A DNA stretch of 64,000 bases from Eledone cirrhosa (taxonomy: Eukaryota), in assembly GCA_964016885.1 (NCBI GenBank), contig OZ024740.1, forward strand, positions 426,374,001 to 426,438,000, written 5' to 3'. Each line of letters begins with the position of its first letter. The first letter of the stretch is position 1. Below, piece by piece: positions 1 through 15,000 of the stretch. A model generated the notes under the pieces. It was not told where the DNA came from. It saw only the letters and a list, made by a program, of their open reading frames with translations, and ran no database searches. Both the position numbers and the translations under genes were made by a program.

Positions 1-3000
1 TTGACAATGGGATAGTTACCCTCTCTTACTTGTCAATGGAGTAGTTACCCTCTCATACTTGTCACTGGGGTAGATACCCTCTCTTACTTGTCAATGGGGT
101 AGTTACCCTCTCTTAATTGTCAATGGGGTAGTTACCCTTTTTTACTTGACAACAGAGTATTTACCCTCACTTACTTGACAATGGGGTAGTTACCCTCTCC
201 TACTTGTCAATGGGATAATTACCCTTTTTTACTTTACAACAGGGTATTTACCCTCTCTTACTTGTCAATGGAGTAGTTACCTCTCTTACTTGACAACAGG
301 GTAGTTACCCTCCTATTCTTGTCAATGGGGTAGTTACCCTCTCTTACTTGACAATGGGGTAGTTACTCTCTCTTACTTGTCAATGGGGTAGTTACCCTTT
401 TTTACTTGACAACAGGGCATTTACCCTCTCTTACTTGTCAATGGGGTAGGTACCCTCTCTTACTTGTCAATGTGGTAGTTACCCTCTCTTACTTGACAAT
501 GGGGTAGTTACCCTCTCTTACTTGACAATGGGGTAGTTACCCTCTCTACTTGTCAATGAGGTATTTACCTTCTCTTACTTGTCAATTGTGTAGTTAACCT
601 CTCTACTTGACAATGGGGTAGTTACCCTTTCTTACTTGTCAATGGGGTAGCTACCCTCTTTTACTTGACAATGAGCTAGTTACCCTCATATACTTGTCAA
701 TGGGGTAGTTACAATCTCTTATTTATCACTGGAGTAGTCACCCTCTCTTACTTGACAATGGGGTAGTTACCCTCTCTTACTTGTCAATGGATTAGTTACC
801 CTCTCTTACTTTCACTGGGGTAGTTACCCTCTCTTAATTGTCAATGGGGTAGTTACCCTTTTTTACTTGACATCAGGGTATTTACTCTCACATACTTGTC
901 AATGGGGTAGTTACACTCTCTTACTTGACAACGGGGTAGTTACCCTCCTATTCAAGTCAATGGGGTAGTTACCCTCTCTAGTTGTCAATGTGGTAGTTAC
1001 CTTCTCTTACTTGTCAATGGGGTAGTTACCCTGTCTTACTTGTCACTGGGGTAGTTACCCTCTTTACTTGTCAATGGGGTAGTTACCCTCTTATACTTGT
1101 CAATGGGGTAGTTACCCTCTTTTACTTGTCAATGGGGTAGTTACCCTCTCTTACTTGACAATGGGGTAGTACCCTCTCTTACTTGTCACTGGGGTTGTTA
1201 CCCTCTCTTACTTGTAAATGGGGTAGTTACCCTCTCTTACTTGTCACTGGGGTAGTTACCCTCTCTTACGTGTCACTGGGGTAGTTACCCACTTTTACTT
1301 GACAATGTGCTAGTTACCCTTTTTTACTTGTCATTGGGGTAGTTACTCTCATTTACTTGTCAATGGGGTAGTTACCTTCTCTTACTTGTCAATGGGGTAG
1401 TTACCCTCTCTTAATTGACAATGGGTTAGTTACCCTCTCTTACTTGTCACTGGGGTAGTTACCCTCACTTACTTGACAATGTGGTAGTTACCCTCTCTTA
1501 CTTGTCAATAGTGTAGTTACCCTCACATACATAACATTGGGGTTGTTACCCTCTCTTTCTTGTCACTGGGGTAGTTACCCTCTCTTACTTGACAATGGGG
1601 TAGTTAGCATCTCTTAATTGTCACTGGGGTATTTACCCTCTCTTACTTGTCACTGGGGTAGTCACCCTCTCTTACTTGACACTGGGGTAGTTACCCTTGC
1701 TGTACAGCCTCTGTACAACACCATTGTTTGTGCTACAACAAAAAATAAACGTATATTTCATCTCTAATTTCTGCTGTTATTATGTCACTTGCATCTCGAT
1801 AACATCTACAACTAATACTGCTAAACCCTCTATTACTTGTCATTGGGGTAGCTACCCTCACTTACTCGACAATGAGGTAGTTACCCTCTCTTACTTGTCA
1901 ATGTGGTAGTTACCCTCTCTTATTTGTCACTGGGGTAGACACCCTCTCTTACTTGACAATGGGGTAGTTACCCTCTTTATTTATCACTGGGGTAGTTACC
2001 CTCTCTTACTTGTCAATGGGATAGTTACCCTCTCATACTTGTCAATGTGATAGTTACCCTCTCCTATTTGTCAATGGGGTAATTACCCTCCCTTACTTGT
2101 CAATGGGGTAGTTACCCTCACTTACTTGTCAATGGGGTAGTTACCCTCTCTACTTGACATTAGGGTAGCTACCCCCACTTACTTGTCAATGGGGTAGTTA
2201 CCCTCACTTACTTGACAATGGGATAGTTACCCTCATCTACTTGACAATGGGGTAGTTACCCTCTCGTACTTGACAATGGGCTAGTTACCCTTTTTTACTT
2301 GACAAACGGGTAGTTACCCTCCCTTACTTGACAATGGCATAGTTACCCTCTCTTACTTGTCAATGGGGTAGTTACCCTCTCTTTCTTGTCACTGGGGTAG
2401 TTACACTCCTGTACTTGACAATGGGGTAGTTACCCTCTCTTACTTGTCACTGGAGTAGTTACACTCTCTTACTTGTCACTGGGGTATTTACCCTCTCTTA
2501 ATTGTCAATGGGGTAGTTACCCTCTTTTACTTGTCAATGGGGTAGTTACCCTCTCGTACTTGTCACTGGTGTAGTTACCCTCCCTTAATTTGTTAATGGT
2601 GTAGTTACACTCCTATACTTGTCAATGGGGTAGTTACCCTTTTTTACTTGACAATGTAGTCGTTACCCTCTCTTTCTTGTCACTGGGGTAGTTACCCTCA
2701 ATTACTTGACAATGGGGTAGTTACCCTCTCTTGCTTGTCATTGGGGTAGTTACCCGCTCTTACTTGACAATGGGATAGTTACCCTCTCTTACTTGTCAAA
2801 TGAGTAGTTACCCTCTCATACTTGTCACTGGGGTAGATACCCTCTCTTACTTGTCAATGGGGTAGTTACCCTCTCTTAATTGTCAATGGGGTAGTTACCC
2901 TTTTTTACTTGACAACAGAGTATTTACCCTCACTTACTTGACAATGGGGTAGTTACCCTCTCTTACTTGTCAATGGGATAGTTACCCTTTTTACTTTACA

Positions 3001-6000
3001 ACAGGGTATTTACCCTCTCTTACTTGTCAATGGGGTAGTTACCTCTCTTACTTGACAACAGGGTAGTTACCCTCCTATTCTTGTCAATGGGGTAGTTACC
3101 CTCTCTTACTTGACAATGGGGTAGTTACTCTCTCTTACTTGTCAATGGGGTAGTTACCCTTTTTTACTTGACAACAGGGCATTTACCCTCTCTTACTTGT
3201 CAATGGGGTAGGTACCCTCTCTTACTTGTCAATGTGGTAGTTACCCTCTCTTACTTGACAATGGGGTAGTTACACTCGCTTACTTGACAATGGGGTAGTT
3301 ACCCTCTCTACTTGTCAATGAGGTATTTACCCTCCTTACTTGTCAATTGTGTAGTTACCCTTTCTTACTTGTCAATGGGGTAGCTACCCTCTTTTACTTG
3401 ACAATGAGCTAGTTACCCTCTCTTACTTGTCAATGGGGTAGTTACAATCTCTTATTTATCACTGGAGTAGTCACCCTCTCTTACTTGACAATGGGGTAGT
3501 TACCCTCTTTTAATTGTCAATTGTGTAGCTACCCTTTCTTACTTGTCAATGGGGTTTCTAGTCTCTCTTACTTGACAATGAGGTAGTTACCCTCACTTAC
3601 TTGTGAATGGGGTAGTTACCCTCTCTTACATGTCACTGGGATAGTTACCGCCTCTTACTTGACAATGGGATAGTTACCCTTTTTACTTGACAACAGGGTA
3701 TTTACGCTCATTACTTGTCAATGGGGTAGTTACCATCTCTTACTTGTCACTGGGGTAGTTATCCTCTCATACTTGTCACTGGGGTAGTTACCCCCTCTTA
3801 CTTGTCAATGGGGTAGTTACCCTCACTTACTTGTCAATGTGGTAGTTACCCTCTCTTTCTTGTCAATGGGGTAGTTACCCTCTCTTGCTTGTAATTGGGG
3901 TAGTTACCCTCACTTACTTGTCAATGGGGTAGTTACCCTCTCTTACTTGACAATGGGGTAGTTACCCTATTTTACTTGACAATGTGGTAGTTACCCTCTC
4001 TTTCTTGTCACTGGGGTAGTTACCCTCTCTTACTTGACAATGGGGTAGTTACCCTCTCTTGCTTGTCATTGGGGTAGTTACCCGCTCTTACTTGACAATG
4101 GGGTAGTTACCCTCTCTTGCTTGTCAATGGAGTAGTTACCCTCTTATACTTGTCACTGGGGTAGATAACCTCTCTTACTTGTCAATGGGGTAGTTACCAT
4201 CTCTTAATTGTCAATGGGGTAGTTACCTTCTCTTACTTGTCAATGGGGTAGTTACCCTCTCTTACTTGACAATGGCGTAGTTACTCTCTCTTACTTGTCA
4301 ATGGGGTAGTTACCCTTTTTTACTTGACAACAGGGTATTTACCCTCTCTTACTTGTCAATGGGGTAGGTACCCTCTCTTACTTGTCAATAGGGTAGTTAC
4401 CCTCTCTTACTTGACAATGGGTTGTTACCCTCTATTACTTGTCACTGGGGTAGTTACCCTCACTTAATTTGTCAATGGGGTAGTTACACTCCTTTACTTG
4501 TAAATGGGGTAGTTACCCTTTTTTACTTGACAACAGGGTATTGATCGTCTCTTACTTGTCAATGGGGTAGTTACCCTCACTTACTTGTCAATGGGGTAGT
4601 TACCCTCTCTGCGTGACATTGGGTTAGTTACCCTCTCGTACTTGTCAATAGGGTAGTTACCCTCACTTACTTATCAATGCGGTAGTTACCCTCTCTTATT
4701 TGTCACTGGGGTAGTTATCTCCTTTACTTGTCAACGTGGTAGTTACCCCCTCGCACTTGACAATGGGGTAGTTACCCTCTCCTACTTGACAATAGGGTAG
4801 TTACCCTCTCTAACTTGACAATGGGGTAGATACACTCTCCATTGTCAATGGGGTAGATACCCTCTCTTACTTGTCAATAGGGTAGTTACCCTCTCTACTT
4901 GACAATGGGGTAGTTACCCTTTCTTACTTGTCAATGGGGTAGCTACCCTCTTTTACTTGACAATGAGCTAGTTACCCTCTCTTACTTGTTAATGGGGTAG
5001 TTACAATCTCTTATTTGTCACTGGAGTAGTCACCCTCCCTTACTTGACAATGGGGTAGTTACCCTCTCATACTTGTCAATGGGGTAGCTACGCTCTCTCA
5101 CTTGACAATGGGGTAGTTACCCTTTCTTACTTGTCAATGGGGTTTCTAGTCTCTCTTACTTGACAATGAGGTAGTTACCCTCACTTACTTGTCAATGGAA
5201 TAGTTACCCTCTCATACATGTCACTGGGATAGTTACCGTCTCTTACTTGACAATGGGATAGTTACCCTCTCTTACTTCACAATGGGGTAGTTACCCTCTC
5301 GTACTTGACATTGGGGTAGTTACCCTCACCATCTTTTCCCCGGAGTAGTTACCCTCTACTACTTGTCAATGTGGTAGTTACCCTCTCTTACTCGTCAATG
5401 GGGTAGTTACCCTCTCATACTTGACCATGGGGTGGTTACCCCCTCTTACTTGTCAATGGGGTAGTTACCCTCATTACTTGTCAATGTGGTAGTTACCCTC
5501 TCCTTCTTGTCACTGGGGTAGTTACCCTCTCTTACTTGACAATGGGGTAGTTACCCTCTCTTGCTTGTCATTGGGGTAGTTACCCGCTCTTACTTGACAA
5601 TGGGATAGTTACCCTCTCTTACTTGTCAATGGAGTAGTTACCCTCTTATACTTGTCACTGGGGTAGATACCCTCTCTTACTTGTCAATGGGGTAGTTACC
5701 CTCTCTTAATTGTCAATGAGGTAGTTACCCTTTTTTACTTTACAACAGGGTATTTACCCTATCTTACTTGTCAATGGGGTAGTTTCCTCTCTCACTTGAC
5801 AACAGGGTAGTTATCCTCCTATTCTTGTCAATGGGGTAGTTACCCTCTCTTACTTGACAATGGGGTAGTTACTCTCTCTTACTTGTCAATGGGGTAGTTA
5901 CCCTTTTTTACTTGACAACAGGGCATTTACCCTCATTACTTGTCAATGGGATAGGTACTCTCTCTTACTTGACAATGGGGTAGTTACCCTCTCTTAGTTG

Positions 6001-9000
6001 ACAATGGGGTAGTTACCCTCGCTTACTTGTCAATGGGGTAGTTACCCTCTCTTACTTGACAATGGGGTAGTTACCCTCTCTTACTTGTCAATGGGGTAGT
6101 TACCCTCTCTTATTTGTCACTGGAGTAGCCACCCTCTCTTACTTGACAATGGGGTAGCTACCCTCAATTACTTGACAATGGTGTAGTTACCCTTTCTTAC
6201 TTGTCAATGGGGTAGCTCCCCTCTCTTACTTGACAATGAAGTAGTTACCCTCTCTTACTTGTCAATGGGGTAGTTACCCTCAAATATTTGTCACTGGGGT
6301 AGTCACCCTCTCTTACTTGACAACAGGGTATTTACCCTCTCTTACTTGACAATGGGGTAGTTACCCTCTCTTACTTGTCAATGGGGTAGTTACCCTTTTT
6401 TACTTGACAACAGGGTATTTACCCTCTCTTCCTTATCAATGGGGTAGTTAACCTATCTTACTTGTCAATGGGGTAGTTATCCTCTCTAACTTGTCAATGG
6501 GGTAGTTACCCTCTTATACTTGTCACTGTGTTAGTTACACTCTCTTACTTGTCAATGGGGTAGTTACCCTCTCTTACTTGTCAATGGGATAGTTACCCTC
6601 ACGTACTTGTCAATGGGGTAGTTACCCTTTTTTACTTGACAACAGGGTATTTACCCTCTATTACTTGTCACTGGGGTAGTTACCCTCTCTTACGTGTCAC
6701 TGGGGTAGTTACCCTCTTTTACTTGACAATGTGCTAGTTACCCTTTTTTACTTGTCATTGGGGTAGTTACTCTCATTTACTTGTCAATGGGGTAGTTACC
6801 CTCTCTTACTTGTCAATGGGGTAGTTACCCTCTCTTACTTGACAATGGGGTAGTTACCCTCTCTTACTTGTCACTGGGGTAGTTACCCTCTCTTACTTGT
6901 CACTGGGGTAGTTACCCTCACTTACTTGACAATGTGGTAGTTACCCTCTCTTAATTGTCAATAGTGTAGATACCCTCTCATACATGACAATGGGGTAGTT
7001 ACCCTCTCTTTCTTGTCACTGGGGTAGTTACCCTCTCTTACTTGACAATGGGGTAGTAACCCTCTCTTACTTGTCACTGGGGTAGTTGCCTTCTCTTACT
7101 TGTCAATGGCGTAGTTACCCTCTCTACTTGTCAATGGGGTAGTTACCTTTTTTAATTTACAGCAGGGTATTTACCCGCTCCTACTTGTCAATGGGGTAGT
7201 TACCCTTTTTATTTGACAACAGGGTATTTAACCTCTCTTACTTGTCAATGGGGTAGTTACCCTCTCATACTTGTCAATGGGGTAGTTATCCTCTCTTACA
7301 TGTCAATGGGGTAGTTACCCTTTTTTACTTGACAACAGGGTATTTACCCTCTCCATATTGACAATGGGGTAGTTACCCTCTCTTACTTGTCATAGGGGTA
7401 GTTACCCTTTTTTACTTGACAACAGGGTATTTACCCTCTCTTACTTGTCAATGGGGTAGTTACTCTCTCTTACTTGTCAATGGGGTAGTTACCCTCTTAT
7501 ACTTGTCAATGGAGTAGTTACTCTCTCTTACTTGACAATGGGGTAGTTACCCTTTCTTACTTGTCACTGGAGTAGTTACCCTCTCTTACTTGTCAATGAG
7601 GTTGTTACCCTCTCTTACTTGACAATGCAGTAGTACCCTCTCTTACTTTTCACTGGTGTAGTTACCCTCTCTAACATGACAATGGTGTAGTACCCTCTCG
7701 TACTTGTCACTGGGGTAGTTACGCTCTCTTACTTGACAATGGGCTAGTTACCCTCTCTTACTTGTCTCTGGGGTAGATACCCTCTCTTACTTGTCAATGG
7801 GGTAGTTACCCTCTCTTACTTGTCAATGGATTAGTTACCCTCTCTTACTTTCACTGGGGTAGTTACCCTCTCTTAATTGTCATTGGGGTAGTTACCCTTT
7901 TTTACTTGACAACAGGGTATTTACCCTCACATACTTGTCAATGGGGTAGTTACACTCTCCTACTTGACAACGCGGTAGTTACCCTCCTATTCAAGTCAAT
8001 GGGGGTAGTTACCCTCTCTAGTTGTCAATGGGGTAGTTACCCTCTCTTACTTGTCAATGGGGTAGTTACCCTGTCTTACTTGTCACTGGGGTAGTTACCC
8101 TCTTTACTTGTCAATGGGGTAGTTACCCTCTTATACTTGTCAATGGGGTAGTTACCCTCTTTTACTTGTCAATGGGGTAGTTACCCTTTCTTACTTGACA
8201 ATGTGGTAGTTACTCTCTCTTACTTGTCAATGGGGTAGTTACCCTCTCTTACTTAACAATGGGGTAGTACCCTCTCTTACTTGTCACTGGGGTTGTTACC
8301 CTCTCTTACTTGTCAATGGGGTAGTTACCCTCACTTACTTGTCACTGGGGTAGTTACCCTCTCTTACGTGTCACTGGGGTAGTTACCCACTTTTACTTGA
8401 CAATGTGCTAGTTACCCTTTTTTACTTGTCATTGGGGTAGTTACTCTCATTTACTTGTCAATGGGGTAGTTACCCTCTCTTACTTGTCAATGGGGTAGTT
8501 ACCCTCTCTTACTTGACAATAGGGTAGTTACCCTCTCTTACTTGTCACTGGGGTAGTTACCCTCTCTTACTTGTCACTGGGGTAGTTACCCTCACTTACT
8601 TGACAATGTGGTAGTTACCCTCTCTTACTTGTCAATAGTGTAGTTACCCTCACATACATGACATTGGGGTAGTTACCCTCTCTTTCTTGTCACTGGGGTA
8701 GTTACCCTCTCTTACTTGACAATGGGGTAGTAACCCTCTCTTACTTGTCACTGGGGTAGTTGTCTTCTCTTACTTGACAATGGGGTAGTTACCCTATCTT
8801 ACTTGTCACTTAGGTAATTACCCTCTTTTACTTGACAATGTGCTAGTTACCTTCTCATACTTGTCAATGGGGTAGTTATCCTCTCTTACATGTCAATGGG
8901 GTAGTTACCCTTTTTTACTTGACAACAGGGCATTTACCCTCTCTTACTTGTCAATGGGGTAGGTACCCTCTCTTACTTGTCAATGTGGTAGTTACCCTCT

Positions 9001-12000
9001 CTTACTTGACAATGGGGTAGTTACACTCGCTTACTTGACAATGGGGTAGTTACCCTCTCTACTTGTCAATGAGGTATTTACCCTCCTTACTTGTCAATTG
9101 TGTAGTTACCCTTTCTTACTTGTCAATGGGGTAGCTACCCTCTTTTACTTGACAATGAGCTAGTTACCCTCTCTTACTTGTCAATGGGGTAGTTACAATC
9201 TCTTATTTATCACTGGAGTAGTCACCCTCTCTTACTTGACAATGGGGTAGTTACCCTCTTTTAATTGTCAGTTGTGTAGCTACCCTTTCTTACTTGTCAA
9301 TGGGGTTTCTAGTCTCTCTTACTTGACAATGAGGTAGTTACCCTCACTTACTTGTGAATGGGGTAGTTACCCTCTCTTACATGTCACTGGGATAGTTACC
9401 GCCTCTTACTTGACAATGGGATAGTTACCCTTTTTTACTTGACAACAGGGTATTTACGCTCATTACTTGTCAATGGGGTAGTTACCATCTCTTACTTGTC
9501 ACTGGGGTAGTTATCCTCTCATACTTGTCACTGGGGTAGTTACCCCCTCTTACTTGTCAATGGGGTAGTTACCCTCACTTACTTGTCAATGTGGTAGTTA
9601 CCCTCTCTTTCTTGTCAATGGGGTAGTTACCCTCTCTTGCTTGTAATTGGGGTAGTTACCCTCACTTACTTGTCAATGGGGTAGTTACCCTCTCTTACTT
9701 GACAATGGGGTAGTTACCCTATTTTACTTGACAATGTGGTAGTTACCCTCTCTTTCTTGTCACTGGGGTAGTTACCCTCTCTTACTTGACAATGGGGTAG
9801 TTACCCTCTCTTGCTTGTCATTGGGGTAGTTACCCGCTCTTACTTGACAATGGGGTAGTTACCCTCTCTTGCTTGTCAATGGAGTAGTTACCCTCTTATA
9901 CTTGTCACTGGGGTAGATAACCTCTCTTACTTGTCAATGGGGTAGTTACCATCTCTTAATTGTCAATGGGGTAGTTACCTTCTCTTACTTGTCAATGGGG
10001 TAGTTACCCTCTCTTACTTGACAATGGCGTAGTTACTCTCTCTTACTTGTCAATGGGGTAGTTACCCTTTTTTACTTGACAACAGGGTATTTACCCTCTC
10101 TTACTTGTCAATGGGGTAGGTACCCTCTCTTACTTGTCAATAGGGTAGTTACCCTCTCTTACTTGACAATGGGTTGTTACCCTCTATTACTTGTCACTGG
10201 GGTAGTTACCCTCACTTAATTTGTCAATGGGGTAGTTACACTCCTTTACTTGTAAATGGGGTAGTTACCCTTTTTTACTTGACAACAGGGTATTGATCGT
10301 CTCTTACTTGTCAATGGGGTAGTTACCCTCACTTACTTGTCAATGGGGTAGTTACCCTCTCTGCGTGACATTGGGTTAGTTACCCTCTCGTACTTGTCAA
10401 TAGGGTAGTTACCCTCACTTACTTATCAATGCGGTAGTTACCCTCTCTTATTTGTCACTGGGGTAGTTATCTCCTTTACTTGTCAACGTGGTAGTTACCC
10501 CCTCGCACTTGACAATGGGGTAGTTACCCTCTCCTACTTGACAATAGGGTAGTTACCCTCTCTAACTTGACAATGGGGTAGATACACTCTCCATTGTCAA
10601 TGGGGTAGATACCCTCTCTTACTTGTCAATAGGGTAGTTACCCTCTCTACTTGACAATGGGGTAGTTACCCTTTCTTACTTGTCAATGGGGTAGCTACCC
10701 TCTTTTACTTGACAATGAGCTAGTTACCCTCTCTTACTTGTTAATGGGGTAGTTACAATCTCTTATTTGTCACTGGAGTAGTCACCCTCCCTTACTTGAC
10801 AATGGGGTAGTTACCCTTTCTTACTTGTCAATGGGGTTTCTAGTCTCTCTTACTTGACAATGAGGTAGTTACCCTCACTTACTTGTCAATGGAATAGTTA
10901 CCCTCTCATACATGTCACTGGGATAGTTACCGTCTCTTACTTGACAATGGGATAGTTACCCTCTCTTACTTCACAATGGGGTAGTTACCCTCTCGTACTT
11001 GACATTGGGGTAGTTACCCTCACCATCTTTTCCCCGGAGTAGTTACCCTCTACTACTTGTCAATGTGGTAGTTACCCTCTCTTACTCGTCAATGGGGTAG
11101 TTACCCTCTCATACTTGACCATGGGGTGGTTACCCCCTCTTACTTGTCAATGGGGTAGTTACCCTCATTACTTGTCAATGTGGTAGTTACCCTCTCCTTC
11201 TTGTCACTGGGGTAGTTACCCTCTCTTACTTGACAATGGGGTAGTTACCCTCTCTTGCTTGTCATTGGGGTAGTTACCCGCTCTTACTTGACAATGGGAT
11301 AGTTACCCTCTCTTACTTGTCAATGGAGTAGTTACCCTCTTATACTTGTCACTGGGGTAGATACCCTCTCTTACTTGTCAATGGGGTAGTTACCCTCTCT
11401 TAATTGTCAATGAGGTAGTTACCCTTTTTTACTTTACAACAGGGTATTTACCCTCTCTTACTTGTCAATGGGGTAGTTACCTCTCTCACTTGACAACAGG
11501 GTAGTTATCCTCCTATTCTTGTCAATGGGGTAGTTACCCTCTCTTACTTGACAATGGGGTAGTTACTCTCTCTTACTTGTCAATGGGGTAGTTACCCTTT
11601 TTTACTTGACAACAGGGCATTTACCCTCATTACTTGTCAATGGGATAGGTACTCTCTCTTACTTGTCAATGGGGTAGTTACCCTCTCTTAGTTGACAATG
11701 GGGTAGTTACCCTCGCTTACTTGTCAATGGGGTAGTTACCCTCTCTTACTTGACAATGGGGTAGTGACCCTCTCTTACTTGTCAATGGGGTAGTTACCCT
11801 CTCTTATTTGTCACTGGAGTAGCCACCCTCTCTTACTTGACAATGGGGTAGCTACCCTCAATTACTTGACAATGGTGTAGTTACCCTTTCTTACTTGTCA
11901 ATGGGGTAGCTCCCCTCTCTTACTTGACAATGAAGTAGTTACCCTCTCTTACTTGTCAATGGGGTAGTTACCCTCAAATATTTGTCACTGGGGTAGTCAC

Positions 12001-15000
12001 CCTCTCTTACTTGACAACAGGGTATTTACCCTCTCTTACTTGACAATGGGGTAGTTACCCTCTCTTACTTGTCAATGGGGTAGTTACCCTTTTTTACTTG
12101 ACAACAGGGTATTTACCCTCTCTTCCTTATCAATGGGGTAGTTAACCTATCTTACTTGTCAATGGGGTAGTTATCCTCTCTAACTTGTCAATGGGGTAGT
12201 TACCCTCTTATACTTGTCACTGTGTTAGTTACACTCTCTTACTTGTCAATGGGGTAGTTACCCTCTCTTACTTGTCAATGGGATAGTTACCCTCACGTAC
12301 TTGTCAATGGGGTAGTTACCCTTTTTTACTTGACAACAGGGTATTTACCCTCTCTTACTTGTCACTGGGGTAGTTACCCTCTCTTACGTGTCACTGGGGT
12401 AGTTACCCTCTTTTACTTGACAATGTGCTAGTTACCCTTTTTTACTTGTCATTGGGTTAGTTACTCTCATTTACTTGTCAATGGGGTAGTTACCCTCTCT
12501 TACTTGTCAATGGGGTAGTTACCCTTTCTTACTTGTCACTGGGGTAGTTACCCTCTCTTACTTGTCACTGGGGTAGTTACCCTCACTTACTTGACAATGT
12601 GGTAGTTACCCTCTCTTAATTGTCAATAGTGTAGATACCCTCTCATACATGACAATGGGGTAGTTACCCTCTCTTTCTTGTCACTGGGGTAGTTACCCTC
12701 TCTTACTTGACAATGGGGTAGTAACCCTCTCTTACTTGTCACTGGGGTAGTTGCCTTCTCTTACTTGTCAATGGCGTAGTTACCCTCTCTACTTGTCAAT
12801 GGGGTAGTTACCTTTTTTAATTTACAGCAGGGTATTTACCCGCTCCTACTTGTCAATGGGGTAGTTACCCTTTTTATTTGACAACAGGGTATTTAACCTC
12901 TCTTACTTGTCAATGGGGTAGTTACCCTCTCATACTTGTCAATGGGGTAGTTATCCTCTCTTACATGTCAATGGGGTAGTTACCCTTTTTTACTTGACAA
13001 CAGGGTATTTACCCTCTCCATATTGACAATGGGGTAGTTACCCTCTCTTACTTGTCATAGGGGTAGTTACCCTTTTTTACTTGACAACAGGGTATTTACC
13101 CTCTCTTACTTGTCAATGGGGTAGTTACTCTCTCTTACTTGTCAATGGGGTAGTTACCCTCTTATACTTGTCAATGGAGTAGTTACTCTCTCTTACTTGA
13201 CAATGGGGTAGTTACCCTTTCTTACTTGTCACTGGAGTAGTTACCCTCTCTTACTTGTCAATGAGGTTGTTACCCTCTCTTACTTGACAATGCAGTAGTA
13301 CCCTCTCTTACTTTTCACTGGTGTAGTTACCCTCTCTAACATGACAATGGTGTAGTACCCTCTCGTACTTGTCACTGGGGTAGTTACGCTCTCTTACTTG
13401 ACAATGGGCTAGTTACCCTCTCTTACTTGTCTCTGGGGTAGATACCCTCTCTTACTTGTCAATGGGGTAGTTACCCTCTCTTACTTGTCAATGGATTAGT
13501 TACCCTCTCTTACTTTCACTGGGGTAGTTACCCTCTCTTAATTGTCATTGGGGTAGTTACCCTTTTTTACTTGACAACAGGGTATTTACCCTCACATACT
13601 TGTCAATGGGGTAGTTACACTCTCCTACTTGACAACGCGGTAGTTACCCTCCTATTCAAGTCAATGGGGGTAGTTACCCTCTCTAGTTGTCAATGGGGTA
13701 GTTACCCTCTCTTACTTGTCAATGGGGTAGTTACCCTGTCTTACTTGTCACTGGGGTAGTTACCCTCTTTACTTGTCAATGGGGTAGTTACCCTCTTATA
13801 CTTGTCAATGGGGTAGTTACCCTCTTTTACTTGTCAATGGGGTAGTTACCCTTTCTTACTTGACAATGTGGTAGTTACTCTCTCTTACTTGTCAATGGGG
13901 TAGTTACCCTCTCTTACTTAACAATGGGGTAGTACCCTCTCTTACTTGTCACTGGGGTTGTTACCCTCTCTTACTTGTCAATGGGGTAGTTACCCTCACT
14001 TACTTGTCACTGGGGTAGTTACCCTCTCTTACGTGTCACTGGGGTAGTTACCCACTTTTACTTGACAATGTGCTAGTTACCCTTTTTTACTTGTCATTGG
14101 GGTAGTTACTCTCATTTACTTGTCAATGGGGTAGTTACCCTCTCTTACTTGTCAATGGGGTAGTTACCCTCTCTTACTTGACAATAGGGTAGTTACCCTC
14201 TCTTACTTGTCACTGGGGTAGTTACCCTCTCTTACTTGTCACTGGGGTAGTTACCCTCACTTACTTGACAATGTGGTAGTTACCCTCTCTTACTTGTCAA
14301 TAGTGTAGTTACCCTCACATACATGACATTGGGGTAGTTACCCTCTCTTTCTTGTCACTGGGGTAGTTACCCTCTCTTACTTGACAATGGGGTAGTAACC
14401 CTCTCTTACTTGTCACTGGGGTAGTTGTCTTCTCTTACTTGACAATGGGGTAGTTACCCTATCTTACTTGTCACTTAGGTAATTACCCTCTTTTACTTGA
14501 CAATGTGCTAGTTACCTTCTCATACTTGTCAATGGGGTAGTTATCCTCTCTTACATGTCAATGGGGTAGTTACCCTTTTTTACTTGACAACAGGGTATTT
14601 ACCCTCTCCATATTGACAATGGGGTAGTTACCCTCTCTTACTTGTCAATGGGGTAGTTACCCTTTTTTACTTGACAACAGGGTATTTACCCTCTCTTACT
14701 TGTCAATGGGGTAGTTACTCTCTCTTACTTGTCAATGGGGTAGTTACCCTCTTATACTTGTCAATGGAGTAGTTACTCTCTCTTACTTGACAATGGGGTA
14801 GTTACCCTTTCTTACTTGTCACTGGAGTAGTTACCCTCTCTTACTTGTCACTGAGGTTGTTACCCTCTCTTACTTGACAATGCAGTAGTACCCTCTCTTA
14901 CTTGTCACTGGTGTAGTTACCCTCTCTAACATGACAATGGTGTAGTACCTCTCGTACTTGTCACTGAGGTAGTTACGCTCTCTTACTTGACAATGGGCTA

